Assembly: GCA_964492025.1 (NCBI GenBank)
Contig: CAZBHR010000001.1
Span: forward strand, 241,603-305,602
Direction of reading: 5' to 3'
DNA length: 64,000 nucleotides
From: an uncultured Spirochaetia bacterium
GTDB taxonomy: Bacteria; Spirochaetota; Spirochaetia; CAZBHR01
In this document: positions 37,584 to 47,260 of the stretch, piece by piece
Numbering within the stretch: position 1 is the first letter of the stretch
How the letters are laid out: the number at the start of each line of letters is the position of its first letter
Program-made: the position numbers and the translations under genes
The notes under the pieces: model-generated
The model's database searches: none
What the model was told of the DNA's origin: nothing
The model's input: only the letters and a program-made list of their open reading frames with translations

Positions 37584-39302
37584 TTAAAAACCTTTAGGAT
37601 AATCATTAGGATTACGGGACATTGGTGAATTTTCAAACATCTCTGTTGTGTTCGGTGGTGTTCTTGCAGTCCAGTCCCAGCTGGTATGTACATTGCTGTT
37701 TACATCTATATTCATGGAAACCTCACCGTTAATAAAGGCACTCGCATTACGGAACATTGAGCTCATATTTGTCACAGAACTTATATCCCAACCACTTATA
37801 TCTTGATTAAATTTGCTCGCATTGGAAAACATCCCGTTCATATCAGTAACAGAGCTTACATCCCAACCACTTATATCTTGATTAAATACCAACGTACCCG
37901 AAAACATACTGCTCATATTTTCCACAGATCCTACATCCCAACCACTTATATCTTGATTAAATACCAACGTATCCGAAAACATCCTACTCATATTTTCCAC
38001 AGATCCTACATCCCAATCACTTATATCTTGATTAAATTCCTTTGCACCAGAGAACATCCTACTCATATTTTTCACAGAGCTTACATTCCAACCGATGAGA
38101 TCTTGATTAAATTCCTTTGCATCAGAGAACATATCAACCATATTTGTCACGGAACTTACATCCCAACCGCTTAAATCTTGATCAAATTTACTCGCACTCA
38201 AGAATGTACCTCTCATATTGCCCTCTATATAAGGGGTATCTGTTGTATCAGCAGGTAAACCCACATTCTCCGTGATAAATCCAAATACGTAAGGGTTGTT
38301 AATAAACTGCACCTCTCCAAAACTTTCTACCTCTTTGAGATATTGCTCATGATGCTCATACTGAGCCTTATACGTACTTCCAAAGCTTCCATCGTCTATC
38401 CCATCTCCATCAATATCTCCAAACCTTAGATCTCCATAGATTTTTACGGTATAATCCCCTTCTACTGCATACTCATGCGACCCATCAGCCGCTTCTTTTA
38501 CTCTGCTTGCCTTGGTTTCATCACCCCAATCTATTACAAGGTCGTATACAGTTTCACCTGTTCGTAAAGGAAGCGTTAATACCGTATCTGCCGTAGGGAT
38601 ACTGTAGACAAGTACAAAAGGGTTGTTTCCCAATGTTACAGTAACTTCAATTTCCTTGGCAACTGTTTTTCCACTATCAGGATGAGTTGCTGTAAAAGTA
38701 AGAGGATATGACCCTACATCAGTAGCTCCCTGTATTGCTCCGAGCTCTTCCTCATCTACTGAAACCAAAGCGGAGTTCTCCGTAGAGAGCACCCATGCCA
38801 CTGCTTCAGCCATACCTATTGCTCCTAATTCATCTAATTTGGAAGCAGGTACCATCCCTATCTCAAAATCTCCTGCCCATATAGCAAGATCTGCGCTGGG
38901 ATCCACCGTTGTATCACTATCAACAACCGATACCTTATGAAATGTACTTGTGCCACTTGTATCCGTAGCGAATGCTACGATCTCTACCGATCCTGCTTTT
39001 ACCCCTCTTACCTCTCCTGTAGAAGCATCTACTGTTGCAGTTGTAATATCTTCACTTTTCCAAGATACTTTCTGCTCGGCACTTTTTGGGAGCACGGTGG
39101 CTGTAAGGCTAATAGTCTCCCCTACAAACACAACTGTTGGCCCAGACACAGTGATTTCATTTACAGGATTATCTGTGGGCTGCTGTGGTAGATCAAGCTC
39201 ATCAGTAAGCCATACCTGCCTACACCCTGAAACCAGTGTGAGTATTGCGACAAGTACCACCGTGACACATAAAAAAGTTAAACCGGATTTTTTAGATTCC
39301 AT
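37584..39302 (-). CDS. Surface lipoprotein: Ig-like (Big_2) domain, PKD-like domain and DUF285/BspA-type 25-aa repeats
   Basis: Lipobox VSGC; Big_2-like VGETISLTATVLP...VSWKS...VDASTGEV; IDWGD; repeats FNQDISGWDVSSVTNM. Confidence 0.85.
   Translation of the reverse strand: MESKKSGLTFLCVTVVLVAILTLVSGCRQVWLTDELDLPQQPTDNPVNEITVSGPTVVFVGETISLTATVLPKSAEQKVSWKSEDITTATVDASTGEVRGVKAGSVEIVAFATDTSGTSTFHKVSVVDSDTTVDPSADLAIWAGDFEIGMVPASKLDELGAIGMAEAVAWVLSTENSALVSVDEEELGAIQGATDVGSYPLTFTATHPDSGKTVAKEIEVTVTLGNNPFVLVYSIPTADTVLTLPLRTGETVYDLVIDWGDETKASRVKEAADGSHEYAVEGDYTVKIYGDLRFGDIDGDGIDDGSFGSTYKAQYEHHEQYLKEVESFGEVQFINNPYVFGFITENVGLPADTTDTPYIEGNMRGTFLSASKFDQDLSGWDVSSVTNMVDMFSDAKEFNQDLIGWNVSSVKNMSRMFSGAKEFNQDISDWDVGSVENMSRMFSDTLVFNQDISGWDVGSVENMSSMFSGTLVFNQDISGWDVSSVTDMNGMFSNASKFNQDISGWDISSVTNMSSMFRNASAFINGEVSMNIDVNSNVHTSWDWTARTPPNTTEMFENSPMSRNPNDYPKGF
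37734..38204 (-). repeat. 75-bp tandem repeat (six full units plus a partial one) encoding DUF285-type repeats
   Basis: The anchor TCTTGAT(T/C)AA recurs at 37801, 37876, 37951, 38026, 38101 and 38176. Confidence 0.93.
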
Positions 39303-39586
39303 ATATACTCTCCTTTTACCTAAAAAAAACCAGACGAGTGCAGAGAGAGATTATAACACACTACTCTCACTAAAGATAACAGACTCCATCTGGGTATAAT
39401 TTTTTAGAAATGGGTAAACTCTTAAGAATCCACCCCTCTTTAATCGATCCTATGCTATCAAAAAAAAACAAGAAAAAAAACCTAGAAACACTCAATTTAT
39501 GAAAAAAATTAACAATTTTACTCATGAATTACGATATATTTCAGTTTATAAGGTATAAAAATCATGGTATCTTATATATCACACAC

Positions 39587-39614
39587 AAAAAACCGTCCCA
39601 AAAGGACGGCTTTT
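39587..39614 (-). terminator. Intrinsic terminator
   Basis: A6-CCGTCC-caaaa-GGACGG-CTTTT. Confidence 0.8.
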
Positions 39615-39636
39615 ATAGCTTATAACAAGACAATGA

Positions 39637-41394
39637 TTACTTAACGTACTCCGCTGCTTGCTCACCAGCAATACGTCCAAAGGTAGTAATATCGGTCATT
39701 GCATTACCCCCTAGTCGGTTTGCTCCGTGTACTCCTCCTGTAACCTCTCCTGCTGCAAAGAGTCCAGGAATCCAGTTACCACTGGTATTATACACTCGAG
39801 TTTCACTATCTATTTCAAGTCCACCCATAGAGTGGTGAACCGCTGGTCCAACCTCTACTACGTAGTATGGTGCAGTCGCAATGGTTCGTGGCATGTTTGC
39901 TCGTCCAAAATCAGAGTCTACCCCACTTGCTACATATCCGTTGTAGGTAGTAACCGTGGATTCTAAAGTATCTCCATCTACTCCGATAAGTGTTGCTAGC
40001 TCTGCTAAGGTAGCAGCTTCGGTTAGAAGCCCACTCTTTGCATAACTTTCAATAGCACTAAGAGACTCACGTACTCCCTGATCAAACAGAAGAAATGCAG
40101 TTTGTCCCTCTTGCTGTAGCTCTGCTTCAGAAACCACATCTCGTGTCTCTAACTCTGAAACGAATCGCTCTGCCTGTCGGTTAACAAGAATAGCTCCATT
40201 TCCACGTACCGCTTCGGTGATCATCTTGTTTTTCACAGGAACTACCGTTGGGTGAGTTTGAATTTGATCCATATCTATCAAGGATACATCAAAGGTAGCC
40301 ACTAAGTCTAAGGCATCTCCGGTTGCTCCTGGATGGTTTGTGGTTCCAAATCCTTTTAGGTCTGGTCGGTACTGTACCACTTTCTCCTGACTTGCTCCAA
40401 ATCCTCCGGTAGCAATAATTACAGCTTTTGCCGCAATATGGTATGTTCCTTCTGAAGTTTCTACCTCAACACCGGTAACTCCATTTTCATCACCAGTAAT
40501 GGAGATAACCTTACTGCTCACACGAATATCTGCTACCTGCTCTGCAGAAGAGTCAAGAACACCCACAACATGGGCTCCAATTCCAGCTCCACCTGTAGGC
40601 CGGTGGGTTCTGTTGTTTGTAGATCCACCCATTCTTCCTACATCACTTAAATCAGCTCCAAGATTCACTAACCAGTCAACTGTACCTTTGGAGTTGTTAG
40701 TAAGTACTTCAACAAGAACTGGATTGTTAATATTCTTACCACCTGTCATGGTATCTTCGTAAAACTGCTCTGGGCTATCTTCAATACCATTTGCCTTCTG
40801 CTGATCAGTGTAGGATGCATTAAGTCCACCGGTTGCGTAGTTTGTGTTACCACCAACAAAGGGCATCTTCTCTAATACAATTACCTTTGCTCCAGCATCA
40901 GCCGCTGCTTGTGCTGCAGAAAGTCCAGCTCCACCAGCTCCGATAATAACAACATCGGTCTCTTCATTCTCTAGAGTAACCGCCTCACTCTTACTCTCTG
41001 TTCGAGCAATAACCTTACCTGTAGAAGCTTGTGCAAGGGCACTTTGAATAGCAGTAATTACACCAGCAGAGGTTTTTGAAGCTCCTGCTATGGCATCAAT
41101 ATCCCCACTATTCGCCTTAATAGCTGCGGTAATAAGATCATTTATAGGCTTAAGGCTAAACTCTGATTCAGGATTCTCAACAACTTCAATTGATTCAATT
41201 GCATCATCACTTACAGTAACCTGAACAACAATGGTTCCCCCATGTCCTTGGCCCTCTCCTGTATACACACCTGCTGTGTAAAGCGAGGACTCAGCGTCCG
41301 AGGAGTTACACGAAACTGTTCCTACTACCACCAATGCAGAAAGCACTAGGAGCGATAGTAGCCATCGCAAACTTTGATGTTCTTTTCTTCTCAT
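39637..41394 (-). CDS. Lipoprotein flavocytochrome-c-family reductase with an FMN-binding domain (fumarate-reductase-like)
   Basis: Lipobox TVSC; FMN_bind domain (GEGQGHGGTIVVQVTV...DAIAGAS); GAGGAG; QTHPT, TEAVRG, TRDVVS, HHSMGG, NRLGGN. Confidence 0.9.
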   Translation of the reverse strand: MRRKEHQSLRWLLSLLVLSALVVVGTVSCNSSDAESSLYTAGVYTGEGQGHGGTIVVQVTVSDDAIESIEVVENPESEFSLKPINDLITAAIKANSGDIDAIAGASKTSAGVITAIQSALAQASTGKVIARTESKSEAVTLENEETDVVIIGAGGAGLSAAQAAADAGAKVIVLEKMPFVGGNTNYATGGLNASYTDQQKANGIEDSPEQFYEDTMTGGKNINNPVLVEVLTNNSKGTVDWLVNLGADLSDVGRMGGSTNNRTHRPTGGAGIGAHVVGVLDSSAEQVADIRVSSKVISITGDENGVTGVEVETSEGTYHIAAKAVIIATGGFGASQEKVVQYRPDLKGFGTTNHPGATGDALDLVATFDVSLIDMDQIQTHPTVVPVKNKMITEAVRGNGAILVNRQAERFVSELETRDVVSEAELQQEGQTAFLLFDQGVRESLSAIESYAKSGLLTEAATLAELATLIGVDGDTLESTVTTYNGYVASGVDSDFGRANMPRTIATAPYYVVEVGPAVHHSMGGLEIDSETRVYNTSGNWIPGLFAAGEVTGGVHGANRLGGNAMTDITTFGRIAGEQAAEYVK

Positions 41395-41483
41395 ATTATT
41401 TTATCCACCTTTTATATATTTTTTCTATCCTAGACTCTCTTTTCAGCGAGACCTAACATAGAAATAGTATGTGAGTTAAGTAA

Positions 41484-41505
41484 GCTCCTCTGCAGAGAGA
41501 GGAGC
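41484..41505 (-). terminator. Probable terminator after lysS
   Basis: GCTCCTCT-6 nt-AGAGGAGC stem with only a weak U-tail on the minus strand. Confidence 0.45.
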
Positions 41506-41563
41506 AAAAATGAAATGTATTCCCCCATGAGCCCTGTAGGTTAGGACTCTCTTGATCCCCTTC

Positions 41564-43150
41564 CTACTGACTAATAGCTTTCTCCAAAATAGGTAGAACC
41601 TTTGCAGAAGTACAACTCTGCATAAATGAAGCAAGCCGTGGCCCTTTTTCCTTACCAATAAGGAGTCTATAGGTTTTAGTAAATAGTTCAACTGGCTCAA
41701 CACCAACCTCTCTTGCTACATCATACAGACCGTTACTAAAGGGTTTTTCCTCCATGGAGTCCATGGTTTTAACCAGTTCAATGAGCGAAGCGAACAGTTT
41801 TCTATCTTGCTCATCAGTAAGAGACTGTACCTCTGATACAGGGGTTAAGGCAAATCGGAAGTCCTCCGGTGCATAGGTGGTAATCCAGTTCCATGCACAG
41901 ATACATCGAGGCCTAATAATTGACTTTTGCTCATCACTCAGGTCTCCTAGCATGCCAATGGTACCCTCAATATCACCCCCCTGAATTTGGAGTAAATTGC
42001 AGAGGTGTCGGAATGGCACCTGATATGGCATAGAAGAAGGAACATCACCTACCTGCGAAAGCTCATAGTTTCGCTTCTCCTTATCCTCTCGCTTCTTACT
42101 TACCTCTTGAACACCAAAATAAATACGTTCGCAGTTGTCGTAATCTTCGTATGTTTTAAGTACATCTAAATCGAAGGAGATTGCAAACTCACTATTTGGT
42201 CGAGTTCCTACAAATTGGTAACGAATAAGTTCTGGAGTATAGATTTTTAATAACTCCTTAAGACTTACAACTTCTCCCGATGAGGAGGACATTTTTCCCC
42301 CTCCACCTTTTATTCGAACAAAGTCATACTGAAAAGTTGATGGTGCGGTTCCTCCAAAGAGTGGAACAATTTCACGACAGGTATCAAAAGATCCACCCTG
42401 TGAGTGGTGATCCTTACCTGCTGGCTCACAATCTACACCCTCTTTTGCCCATCTCATAGGCCAGTCAATCCGCCAGAGGAGTTTAACCTGCCCCGCAGTT
42501 CGTAAGTCTAGGGTTGACTCTTTTGCTGTCTCATCACATCGATACGTAACGTTCCACTCCCCGTCCCAATTAAGTACGGTGGTGGTATCTTTTTTAGTAA
42601 ACTCACTGAAAATTGAAATTGGCCACCAGTTCTCTTCCAGCGGTGAGGTTCTGTGACTGTTAAGAATCTCTCTAATTTCATCTCTATGCTCTAAGGCTGT
42701 TCGGATTCCCTCTGCATACTTTGAGGCTCCGTACTCCTTTGACTGATATAGGTACTCAGGAAAAATCCCGACAAGAGGAAGACTTTTCTCTACGGCAACC
42801 TCATTACTTCGGGCATAACTCTCTTCATTACCAAGGGTATCTGGCACTTGGGTAATAGGCATACGTAAACAGCTTTCCAAAAGCTCTTGGTTTGGCATAT
42901 TCTTTGGTACCTTTCGAAAGGTATCATAATCATCCCAAGAGTATATAAAACGTACATTCTTACCCCGTTCCTTCAATCCCTGTGCTACAAGGGCTACCGA
43001 AATAATTTCTCGGAAGTTCCCCACATGAACAGTTCCCGAAGGAGTAATACCAGAGGCACAGGTATATAACTCTTTATCACCCTTCTCTCTCAGTACTCTA
43101 TCTACCGCAATATCAACCCAATGTACAGATTTTTTCTTTTCGTTACTCAT
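41564..43150 (-). CDS. lysS: Lysyl-tRNA synthetase, class I
   Basis: SGITPSG.VHVGNFRE (HIGH), WRIDWPMRW, GKDH, KMSSS. Confidence 0.96.
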   Translation of the reverse strand: MSNEKKKSVHWVDIAVDRVLREKGDKELYTCASGITPSGTVHVGNFREIISVALVAQGLKERGKNVRFIYSWDDYDTFRKVPKNMPNQELLESCLRMPITQVPDTLGNEESYARSNEVAVEKSLPLVGIFPEYLYQSKEYGASKYAEGIRTALEHRDEIREILNSHRTSPLEENWWPISIFSEFTKKDTTTVLNWDGEWNVTYRCDETAKESTLDLRTAGQVKLLWRIDWPMRWAKEGVDCEPAGKDHHSQGGSFDTCREIVPLFGGTAPSTFQYDFVRIKGGGGKMSSSSGEVVSLKELLKIYTPELIRYQFVGTRPNSEFAISFDLDVLKTYEDYDNCERIYFGVQEVSKKREDKEKRNYELSQVGDVPSSMPYQVPFRHLCNLLQIQGGDIEGTIGMLGDLSDEQKSIIRPRCICAWNWITTYAPEDFRFALTPVSEVQSLTDEQDRKLFASLIELVKTMDSMEEKPFSNGLYDVAREVGVEPVELFTKTYRLLIGKEKGPRLASFMQSCTSAKVLPILEKAISQ

Positions 43151-43248
43151 AAAGAAAGATTATACTGAGCTCATAAGTTTGAGTAAACAACCCTAAGAAG
43201 ATATTACGGTATTTTTATCTTTCAGAAAGAAACAAAAGGAGCAAGCCC

Positions 43249-43273
43249 AAAAAAAGCGGGTCATAAGACCCGC
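43249..43273 (-). terminator. Intrinsic terminator after fadD
   Basis: A7-GCGGGTC-ataa-GACCCGC. Confidence 0.8.
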
Positions 43274-43293
43274 CTGAATGTGTGAATACGCCC

Positions 43294-44940
43294 CTACTCA
43301 GAGGTGTACAAAAACCTTTTAATTTTCATAGAAGGAGTTTTCTCAAAGGGAGTTTTTTCTACAACCAGATCACTCAATCGAGAAATCATGCTTAACTTAC
43401 TGTTTACAGACTTTTTAATAGCATCCAAAATTTCATCCTGCTTTTTCTGTAACGCCTCTTTATCTTTAATTCCAGCAAAGGCTTTCTCAATCTGCTCCTG
43501 ACTTAGCTGAACACGGGCAATTAATTTTCCCTTTGCCATTACCACGAGAGACTCTTCAATAAAAGCATTTCTATTAAGTAGTGCCTCAATCTCCTCGGGG
43601 TAAATATTTTTTCCATTTGCCCCTAAAATCATACTCTTAAGACGGCCTCGAATAAAAAGATTTCCATGCTTATCAATATGCCCAAGATCTCCGGTCTTAA
43701 ACCATCCATCGCTGGTGAATGCGGCCTTTGTCTTCTCTTCATCCTTGTAGTATCCAAGCATGATACTTGCTCCTCGTGCTTGTACTTCACCATCCTTATT
43801 GCTTCCCTCGGGTTCAGCAACTCGAATGTCTACTTGATCAAAGGATCGTCCAATCCCTCTAAATACTGATTCGGAAACAGGATTTCCCGCAATACAGGGG
43901 GAAGTTTCGGTAAGTCCGTACCCAACGGAGTATGGAAACTTAGCCTCCCGTAAAAACTTTTCTACGTCCGGTGCAAGTGGTGCCCCACCTACCCCAAAAA
44001 ACTCTAAACTTCCACCGAAAAGCTTTGTCATCTTTTTTCCAATCACAAATCGATTAAGGAGTTTCCGTACAGGAGGAAGCTTATACAGTCCACGAAGTAC
44101 AAAACTCTTTTGAATATTTGGTAAAATACTGCTACGGTAAATTTTCTCCATAAGAAGAGGAACCGTGAGCATATGAGTTGGGTGTACCTTCTGTAAAGCT
44201 GGAAGCATTTTACTGGCAGTAGGAGCTCCTCGTAAATATGAGATAGAAGCACCCGCAGCCATAGGAAGAATAAATCCTAAGGAACACTCATAGGAGTGAG
44301 CCAATGGGAGTACCGAGAGAAACCTGTAGGGAGTACTTTGAGCAAGACCACCAATGGTTATTCCACAATGGGCATTATGGGCAATATTAAACTGACTTAA
44401 CATAACACCTTTGGAGTTTCCTGTGGTACCGGAGGTGTAAAGAATAGCCGCAACCTCCCCCTCCTCCGCATCATGAAAAAGATCCTGAGGAGCTGTCTCA
44501 AAGAGATTTACTCCATCCTTATAGATAGCATCGCTCTCTATAATAGCGTATTGATTTTTTTCTACAATTGTGAGGTTCTCAATTTTAGAGATAACCTTTT
44601 TTGAGGCAAACAGAAATGATGACTCACTATGCTCAATAACATTTTGTAACTGCTCTGCTCCAAACTCAACCATAATAGGAACAATAACAGCTCCCATGGT
44701 TACCACAGCTAAATATACTTGTCCCCAAAAGGGAGAACTCTCTGCAACGAGAGAAACCCTATCACCCTTCTGTATTCCAATACTCTGCAAATACGCCTGT
44801 AGCGCCTCTATATTATTACTCACCTCTTTAAATGTTAACGCCTCTTCCCCTGCATAACCAAGAAATGGATCTTGGGCAAAAAGATTTCGGCTCTGGTTCC
44901 ACATCTCATTGATAGTGATTTTTTTGTAGTCAACTTTCAT
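43294..44940 (-). CDS. fadD: Long-chain fatty-acid--CoA ligase (AMP-binding)
   Basis: ILYTSGTTGNSKG, GYGLTET, GWFKTGDLG. Start moved to MKVDYKK at 44940 (SD AAGGAGG). Confidence 0.85.
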   Translation of the reverse strand: MKVDYKKITINEMWNQSRNLFAQDPFLGYAGEEALTFKEVSNNIEALQAYLQSIGIQKGDRVSLVAESSPFWGQVYLAVVTMGAVIVPIMVEFGAEQLQNVIEHSESSFLFASKKVISKIENLTIVEKNQYAIIESDAIYKDGVNLFETAPQDLFHDAEEGEVAAILYTSGTTGNSKGVMLSQFNIAHNAHCGITIGGLAQSTPYRFLSVLPLAHSYECSLGFILPMAAGASISYLRGAPTASKMLPALQKVHPTHMLTVPLLMEKIYRSSILPNIQKSFVLRGLYKLPPVRKLLNRFVIGKKMTKLFGGSLEFFGVGGAPLAPDVEKFLREAKFPYSVGYGLTETSPCIAGNPVSESVFRGIGRSFDQVDIRVAEPEGSNKDGEVQARGASIMLGYYKDEEKTKAAFTSDGWFKTGDLGHIDKHGNLFIRGRLKSMILGANGKNIYPEEIEALLNRNAFIEESLVVMAKGKLIARVQLSQEQIEKAFAGIKDKEALQKKQDEILDAIKKSVNSKLSMISRLSDLVVEKTPFEKTPSMKIKRFLYTSE

Positions 44941-45046
44941 GCAAGCCTCCTTATAATAACATAATACACTATCTGTCAAAAAAAAGCTAGGTAAAAGAGA
45001 TAAAATTGAGTAGAAACTCATCATATCCTACAGAAGTATAAAAAAA

Positions 45047-45110
45047 TGCAAAGCAAACTTGACATATTGTGCAAAGCGTGCTATACATAATTATAAAGTT
45101 AACTTGAAAT
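45047..45110 (+). promoter_or_regulatory. Promoter with three 19-bp operator-like repeats
   Basis: TTGACA at 45059, -10 TATACA at 45082. Repeats TGCAAAGCAAACTTGACAT (45047), TGCAAAGCGTGCTATACAT (45070) and TATAAAGTTAACTTGAAAT (45092). Confidence 0.65.
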
Positions 45111-45140
45111 TAGGTATACCAAACTAGCAAGGAGGTGAGT

Positions 45141-45350
45141 ATGAAAACAAAAATACAGGAACTTCGAAAACAGCATAAAATATCTCAGGGAGAGTTAGGT
45201 GCTGCAGTAGGAGTAACTCGCCAAACTATTACCTCAATTGAGTGTGAAAAATATACGGCATCTTTGGTTCTCGCTTATAAGATTGCCCAGTACTTTAACA
45301 CCACCATTGAGGATATATTCGATTTTTCAGATTGCAAGGAGGAGATATAA
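45141..45350 (+). CDS. XRE/Cro-C1 helix-turn-helix regulator
   Basis: IQELRKQHKISQGELGAAVGVTRQTITSIE..KYTASLVLAYKIA; ATG at 45141 after GGAGG. Confidence 0.92.
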   Translation: MKTKIQELRKQHKISQGELGAAVGVTRQTITSIECEKYTASLVLAYKIAQYFNTTIEDIFDFSDCKEEI

Positions 45351-45802
45351 TGGATATAGCTAACTACACCAAGAAACTTTCAAAAAAAAGATTAATAAGT
45401 CTTATTGCTATTTTTGCACTTGTTATTATTGGGACAGTTCTTCCAAAGATACCAAATGCAGGACAGACCGAGTGGTCTCAAAGTGAAATTCACGGAACAT
45501 GGGTTGGACTAGTACTAGCCTTTATTATTCTTAACACCATACGGATCATACGAATAACAAGGGCTCTGAGGGATTCCACTAGAATACAACAGCTATTTGT
45601 AAAACATACGGATGAAAGAAGCAGAGAGATTGAAAGACGTGCGTTCCATACTACTCTCGCTATAGTGCATTGGGGACTTATTTTGGGAATTGCTGTTGCA
45701 GGATATTTTCATGAAGTAGTATTCTGGACACTCTTAGGGGTAGTTCTATTTCTTTCAGTTGTATTACTTGGAGCAAAGGGATACTACCACAAAAAGTTTT
45801 AG
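45350..45802 (+). CDS. Four-TM membrane protein with a DER motif, coupled to the XRE regulator
   Basis: TAATG overlap; TDERSREIERRA between TM pairs. Confidence 0.75.
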   Translation: MDIANYTKKLSKKRLISLIAIFALVIIGTVLPKIPNAGQTEWSQSEIHGTWVGLVLAFIILNTIRIIRITRALRDSTRIQQLFVKHTDERSREIERRAFHTTLAIVHWGLILGIAVAGYFHEVVFWTLLGVVLFLSVVLLGAKGYYHKKF

Positions 45803-45805
45803 TAC

Positions 45806-45840
45806 AAAAAATGGCATAGTACTGTATAGTACTATGCCAT
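45806..45840. terminator. Terminator between convergent genes
   Basis: A-run, then ATGGCATAGTACT-gtat-AGTACTATGCCAT (perfect 13-bp stem). Confidence 0.8.
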
Positions 45841-45875
45841 TAGGGATAAACTCCTCCTACAGAGTGTATCTATAT

Positions 45876-47219
45876 TTACTGGAGAGATTCAGCAATAAGC
45901 CGAACAAGGAGATCATTAAGAAACTCCACATCGTAGGATCCTATTGTTGGCTCTAGGTGATTATTCCCTACCCCACTGTGGTTTGTAATAAAGGTGTATG
46001 TTCCATCGGTTGCAATGGCCATGTAGCGCATAAGGAACTCAGTGTTCTTATCAATTCCACTTGCCACAATGGGAATAATCCTTACTCCCATACTTGCTGA
46101 GAGTGATACCATATTGTGAATATCCGCTATTACCTGATCATTGTAGTGAGGAGGAGCATCAAGAAGAAGGAACATAAGTTTAGAAGAACTCTCTTGTGAC
46201 CACTCTAATCCGTTCAGTGCCTCAAAAAGTGCGGTGTGAACGGCCTCTGGGAAATCTCCACCTCCGCTGGCATACTGTTGACCGATAAATGATATGGTGG
46301 TTCCAATGTTGCTAGACATAGGAGAACTCTTTGTGAGATACTCATCCCCCTCATCTCGGTAGAAAACAGTACCCATTCGAATAGATGCGTCGGAGTTGTC
46401 TATCTGCACCCGTCGTATCACATCCTGAAGTTCGGTTTTGAGAAACTCAAGCTCATCACTCATAGAACCAGTAGCATCTACAACCCAAGCGATATCTACA
46501 GAACCCTTTGTAATAAGAGAGTTAGGCAAAACAATAGAGTTTACCCCTTCTCTATAGGAGACAACATCAGCAAAGGAGGTTCCCCGTATCCAGAAATTTA
46601 GGGTACGTGAATTATAGGAATCTCGATACATAGGCTGAGGTGCCCAGAGCTCTGCAACACCATGGTTATCTGTAACTGCCCGCCAAAGAGTTTTATCCTG
46701 ATACATAAGAAGAATAGGCTCTCCAATAACAGGCTGTCCATCGGGGGTAGTAATACTTACTTGATACCTCTCACCTAAGACTCGATCATACTCCCAGTAT
46801 GATGCCATACCAGAAAACTCCTGTCTTTGCCCAAGGTTAAGCCAAAAATTCCAGTTATCAAGATCTGACCACTCTCCTGCGGTAAGCGTGCCTGGGGAAG
46901 GTTGAAAATAATCTGGTGTAGGGTCAATGACCATATCAGACGGTCGACTCATAGAGCTAGTAGCACCAAGCCCCGCACTCTTTACAAAACCCTCAGCCAT
47001 AGGCATATCGCCATCCATTGCAAAAAATGATTCAGAAATCTCAGCATCATCAAAGGCAATAGTATCAGAGGGGGTCTCACTTATTGCAGGAGACATATCT
47101 GTAAGATCTTTATCTTCTCCTAACTCTTCTTCAACAGTATTGCTAGTAGATGTGGCACAACCTGCGATAAATAGTACAAGGAGCATTACTCCAAGATATA
47201 ATAATTTTTTCATCTCCAC
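45876..47219 (-). CDS. vWA-domain lipoprotein
   Basis: Lipobox IAGC, acidic linker, MIDAS-like VVDATGSMSDE, GGGDFPEAV, LDAPPH. Confidence 0.85.
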   Translation of the reverse strand: MEMKKLLYLGVMLLVLFIAGCATSTSNTVEEELGEDKDLTDMSPAISETPSDTIAFDDAEISESFFAMDGDMPMAEGFVKSAGLGATSSMSRPSDMVIDPTPDYFQPSPGTLTAGEWSDLDNWNFWLNLGQRQEFSGMASYWEYDRVLGERYQVSITTPDGQPVIGEPILLMYQDKTLWRAVTDNHGVAELWAPQPMYRDSYNSRTLNFWIRGTSFADVVSYREGVNSIVLPNSLITKGSVDIAWVVDATGSMSDELEFLKTELQDVIRRVQIDNSDASIRMGTVFYRDEGDEYLTKSSPMSSNIGTTISFIGQQYASGGGDFPEAVHTALFEALNGLEWSQESSSKLMFLLLDAPPHYNDQVIADIHNMVSLSASMGVRIIPIVASGIDKNTEFLMRYMAIATDGTYTFITNHSGVGNNHLEPTIGSYDVEFLNDLLVRLIAESLQ

Positions 47220-47260
47220 CTCCTGAGTATAGTATATAGAACAAATAAATGAGGGGGAAG

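Noticed and set aside
37734-38204. 75-bp periodic array as a CRISPR array or DGR target
   Set aside because: It is in frame within a CDS (25-aa DUF285 repeats), has no unique spacers, and there are no cas or reverse-transcriptase genes in the window
39322-39480. A8-A9 homopolymer runs upstream of the surface lipoprotein (also T8 at 942-949 and in the MTase) as phase-variation tracts
   Set aside because: Runs of 8-9 are common in this AT-rich DNA, and read-level length variation would be needed
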